A DNA stretch of 64,000 nt, taken from Flavobacteriales bacterium. GTDB lineage: Bacteria; Bacteroidota; Bacteroidia; Palsa-965. The notes beneath the pieces are model-generated. The model did no database searches. It saw only the letters and a list, made by a program, of their open reading frames with translations, and was not told the DNA's origin. The DNA lies in NCBI GenBank assembly GCA_040377305.1, contig JBEIPA010000007.1, positions 96,001 through 160,000 on the forward strand, in the 5' to 3' direction. Shown piece by piece: positions 60,640 to 64,000 of this stretch. Numbering within the stretch: position 1 is the stretch's first letter; the number at the start of each line of letters is the position of its first letter. The position numbers were made by a program, and so were the translations under genes.

Positions 60640-61422
60640 ATGAATCTCGATCTCACTGGAAAGCACGCCCTTGTTTGCGGCAGTACACAAGGCATTGGCA
60701 AAGCAGCAGCAATTGAACTCGCGTTGCTGGGTGCAAATGTTACATTGGTTGCACGCAACGAAGAAAAACTGAAAGCAACAATCGGTGAACTTGAGCGCTT
60801 AGGAACACACGATTACATTGTCGCAGATTTTTCGAATCCGGAAGGTGTGCGTGTTGCGTTGCAGAAATATCTAGCAGTAGGGAAAGCGATTCATATTCTC
60901 GTGAATAACACGGGCGGACCTCCCGGCGGACCAATCACCGATGCAAAGACGGACGAATTCGTGAGTGCATTTTCATCGCACTTGTTGTGCAATCACATTC
61001 TGGCACAAGCGGTTATTCCAGGAATGAAAGCAGCCGGATATGGTCGCATCATCAACGTTATTTCTACTTCGGTAAAACAGCCCCTGAAAGGTTTGGGTGT
61101 TTCGAATACCATTCGTGCTGCCGTCGGCAATTGGGCGAAAACACTTTCACTCGAAGTAGCGTCATTCGGAATTACAGTAAACAACGTTCTGCCTGGTGCT
61201 ACGGCAACACAACGTTTGTCGGGACTCATCGAAGCGAAATCATCAAAAACCGGAACAGCAGTGGCGGATCTCGAAAAAGAAATGCTGCACGAAATTCCTG
61301 CGGGACGATTCGCGGCCCCGGAGGAAGTAGCCGCAGCAATCGCTTTTCTTGCAACACCATCGGCTGCATATATCAACGGTATAAATGTTCCAGTTGATGG
61401 TGGGCGAACCGGAAATCTCTAG
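60640..61422 (+). CDS. SDR-family oxidoreductase
   Basis: GSTQGIG, NNTGGP, SNTIR, VDGG. Confidence 0.92.
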   Translation: MNLDLTGKHALVCGSTQGIGKAAAIELALLGANVTLVARNEEKLKATIGELERLGTHDYIVADFSNPEGVRVALQKYLAVGKAIHILVNNTGGPPGGPITDAKTDEFVSAFSSHLLCNHILAQAVIPGMKAAGYGRIINVISTSVKQPLKGLGVSNTIRAAVGNWAKTLSLEVASFGITVNNVLPGATATQRLSGLIEAKSSKTGTAVADLEKEMLHEIPAGRFAAPEEVAAAIAFLATPSAAYINGINVPVDGGRTGNL

Positions 61423-61646
61423 GGAATTAGTGGAGATAGTAATTGTTTATTTAGTTGATCTGTTTGTTCGGTTCTAGCTACACAAGACACGCAACAATCG
61501 TCAGATTAATTTATCGCTAATTCTTCTGGGCTACCATCTCTGCACTGCAATTTATCTACTGCCTCCATCCATCTGTCGATTTTTTCCTGCCTTCCCTGCA
61601 ATTCCGTTACTTTTGCGGAACCTAACTTAACCAACCCCTTTACCCT

Positions 61647-62027
61647 ATGGGCCTCATTAAAGAATTCAAAGAATTTGCCATCAAAGGCAACGTAATGGAT
61701 CTTGCTGTCGGTGTTGTCATCGGCGCAGCATTTACCACAATTGTAAAATCATTGATTGAGGATGTGATCACTCCGCTACTTCTAAATCCGCTCATGAAAG
61801 CAGCGCATGTTCAAAATCTCGCCGACTACACAATTTTAGATACGGTTAAGGCCGGTAGTTTCCTTGCAGCGATCATCAACTTTCTTTTAATTGCCTTTGT
61901 ATTGTTTCTGGTGATAAAAGGAATCAATAAAATGAAAGCGAAAGAAGTGAAAGCAGATCCGGAACCTCCAAAGGAGGAAGTATTGCTCACGGAAATCCGC
62001 GACTTACTCGCAAAAAAGCAATCATGA
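61647..62027 (+). CDS. mscL: Large-conductance mechanosensitive channel
   Basis: EFKEFAIKGNVMDLAVGVVIGAAF; LLTEIRDLL. Confidence 0.97.
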   Translation: MGLIKEFKEFAIKGNVMDLAVGVVIGAAFTTIVKSLIEDVITPLLLNPLMKAAHVQNLADYTILDTVKAGSFLAAIINFLLIAFVLFLVIKGINKMKAKEVKADPEPPKEEVLLTEIRDLLAKKQS

Positions 62028-62986
62028 AGAATGTTCTCCTCGCAATTTGCTTAATTGTTTCAACCGGATTGTTCGCGCAAACTCCTGTTGATACTGCAAA
62101 AACTCCTAAAGCAGATACAGTTGTTCCTAACTGGAAAAGTGGTGGAGCAGTGGGATTCAATTTCACACAAGCGTCTTTCACCAATTGGGCTGCGGGTGGA
62201 ATTAACTCCATCTCGGGACAATTCCTTTTCAATACGTACGCGAACTACAAAAAAGGGACGACGACGTGGGACAATATCCTCGACATTTCTTATGGCTTAA
62301 CGAAGCAAGGAACCAGTGAATCGGTACGCAAAGCAGATGACAAATTTGATGTGACTTCGAAGTACGGTCAGTATGCGTTCAAGAAAGTGTGGTACTATTC
62401 TATGCTTGCCAATTTCAAAACACAGTTTCAACCTGGATATACGTATCAGGGCGACACTGCACGCACACTCATCTCTGATTTGATGGCACCGGGATATCTG
62501 ATTCTTGCAATCGGTCTGGACTATAAACCAAACGACAAGTTTTCAATCTTTACTGCACCGGCAACGGCGAAGTATACATTCTGTTATAATCAAATGTTAG
62601 CTGATGCAGGAGCGTTCGGAGTTGAGAAAGCAGTTTACGACACTGCAGGAGTTCGTTTGGTGAAAGGAAGAAATGTTCGTCAGGAGTTCGGAGGATATTT
62701 CAAGATGCAGTATCGTGGAGATGTAATGAAGAATGTGAACTTACTCGCGAAGCTGGAATTGTTCAGCAACTATCTTAACAATCCGCAGAACATTGATGTG
62801 AACGCGGAAGTTGTGGTCGGAATGAAAGTGAACAAGTTCATTTCTGCGAACATCAGCATGCAGGCTATTTACGATCACGATATCAATGTAGCGGTTGACA
62901 AAAACAACGACGGTGTAACCGATGGAGTAGGGCCGCGCTTGCAGTTTCGACAGGTATTGGGTGTCGGACTCGCTGTAAAGTTCTAG
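62024..62986 (+). CDS. DUF3078 outer-membrane beta-barrel protein
   Basis: FTQASFTNWAAGG, RKADD, LFSNYL, terminal Phe. Confidence 0.85.
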   Translation: MKNVLLAICLIVSTGLFAQTPVDTAKTPKADTVVPNWKSGGAVGFNFTQASFTNWAAGGINSISGQFLFNTYANYKKGTTTWDNILDISYGLTKQGTSESVRKADDKFDVTSKYGQYAFKKVWYYSMLANFKTQFQPGYTYQGDTARTLISDLMAPGYLILAIGLDYKPNDKFSIFTAPATAKYTFCYNQMLADAGAFGVEKAVYDTAGVRLVKGRNVRQEFGGYFKMQYRGDVMKNVNLLAKLELFSNYLNNPQNIDVNAEVVVGMKVNKFISANISMQAIYDHDINVAVDKNNDGVTDGVGPRLQFRQVLGVGLAVKF

Positions 62987-63192
62987 ATGGGAGTTTGGAG
63001 ATCGGAGACGGGAGTGATTTTGGCTCCCGTGGGCTGAAGCCGCACGGTTATCGTCACATCAGTTGTCATGTGATATTTGCAGGTAAAAAAATGGCAAAGC
63101 CATTTTTTTACCTGCACCTCCTACAAAAGCAATGGCAACTGATAACCGTGTGGCTTCAGCCCACGGATTTGAAGTCTCCCAACTCCCAACTA
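62984..63192. mobile_element. 209-bp nested-palindrome element, copy 2
   Basis: TAGATGGGAG...CTCCCAACTA; both ends coincide with the TAG stops of the flanking convergent genes. Confidence 0.75.
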
Positions 63193-63885
63193 TTTCGCAA
63201 TGAGTCGGAAACCTTTACCGTGAATATTCATGATCTCAACAGAAGGATCTTCTTTCAGATACTTTCTCAGCTTCGCGATATAAACATCCATACTGCGTGA
63301 GTTGAAGTAACTGTCGTCGCCCCAGATTGTGTTGAGCGCGAGTGAACGATCTAGCACATCATTCTTGTGCAAGGCGAGTAAACGCAACAGATCCGATTCT
63401 TTCGAAGTCAGTTTCTGCGCTTTGTCTCCGTGCTCCAGCATCTGACGCTGACTGTCGAATGCGTAATCGCCAACGGTAAATTGGATCTGATCAGCATTCG
63501 CAATACTGCCTTTTGTACGACGCAGAATTGCTTTGATACGAAGCAACAATTCTTCCATACTGAATGGCTTCGTGATATAGTCATCAGCACCCGCATTGAA
63601 ACCTTCAATCGTATCTTCCTTCATGGATTTCGCCGTGAGGAATACAACCGGAATTTCTTTGTTGATCTCGCGAATCTCTTTCGCCAAGGTGTAACCGTCT
63701 TTTACCGGCATCATCACGTCCAGCAGACAGATGTCCCAGGTTCCTTTACGGAATTTGTCGAAACCTTCTTTACCGTTAACGGCTAGTTCTGTAGTGAATC
63801 CTTTTGCATCAAGGTACTCCTGTAAAAGACGACCGAGGTTTGGATCGTCTTCTGCTAACAAAACTCTTGGCTTAATTTCTGTCAT
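63190..63885 (-). CDS. OmpR-family response regulator (RprY-like)
   Basis: LDVMMP, ADDYITKPF, WGDDSYFNSRSMDVYIAKLRK. Confidence 0.93.
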   Translation of the reverse strand: MTEIKPRVLLAEDDPNLGRLLQEYLDAKGFTTELAVNGKEGFDKFRKGTWDICLLDVMMPVKDGYTLAKEIREINKEIPVVFLTAKSMKEDTIEGFNAGADDYITKPFSMEELLLRIKAILRRTKGSIANADQIQFTVGDYAFDSQRQMLEHGDKAQKLTSKESDLLRLLALHKNDVLDRSLALNTIWGDDSYFNSRSMDVYIAKLRKYLKEDPSVEIMNIHGKGFRLIAK

Positions 63886-63887
63886 AA

Positions 63888-64000
63888 TTATGATTCTTCT
63901 TGTGTTTGAGTTTTTAGAGGCAGTCTTACATAAAACCGGCTACCTTTTCCGGCGTCACTCTCCACCCACACTGTTCCACCATGCTTTTCAATAATTGCTT
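63888..64000 (-). CDS. Sensor histidine kinase C-terminus (partial)
   Basis: Hand translation AIIEKHGGTVWVESDAGKGSRFYVRLP...*, the end of a HATPase domain. Confidence 0.85.
   Translation of the reverse strand, partial: AIIEKHGGTVWVESDAGKGSRFYVRLPLKTQTQEES

Noticed and set aside
61424-61560. Imperfect long palindromes between SDR and mscL
   Set aside because: The pairing is too degenerate to call by eye
60115-63300. Two ORFs sharing KMAKPF..L.LLQK (60115-60588, 62995-63300)
   Set aside because: The similarity comes from translating the 209-bp repeat, and both overlap real genes in antisense

Overview
64 kb from a Bacteroidota genome. The assignment rests on TAnnTTTG -7 promoters, many apparently leaderless genes, T9SS C-terminal-domain cargo, and Bacteroidota-type sdhCAB, suf and purF. 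Housekeeping blocks are sdhCAB, pepP, thiL, the sufABCDSE-sufT-DUF2480 operon, purF, kynurenine-branch genes, mscL and an OmpR-type two-component pair. Four accessory items stand out. (1) An unannotated two-gene cassette (4148-9356): a 930-aa protein with an amphipathic Ser/Thr-rich beta-hairpin like that of beta-pore-forming toxins, followed by a 799-aa protein made of a tandemly duplicated unknown domain. (2) A LytS/LytTR locus whose ~1 kb 'intergenic' downstream region holds a 21-bp tandem repeat (candidate LytTR operator), a strand-specific G-U-rich structured RNA and an un-called 42-aa membrane microprotein with its own terminator; a second small RNA candidate upstream of the kinase shares the same 10-nt hairpin-tip motif. 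(3) Two 209-bp nested-palindrome elements with compensatory substitutions. (4) A T9SS-secreted lysyl-oxidase-domain protein, stand-alone GldM-C-like domains and several tandem paralog arrays. No rRNA, tRNA, CRISPR array or transposase was seen. Family assignments come from recognising motifs by eye, not from database searches.
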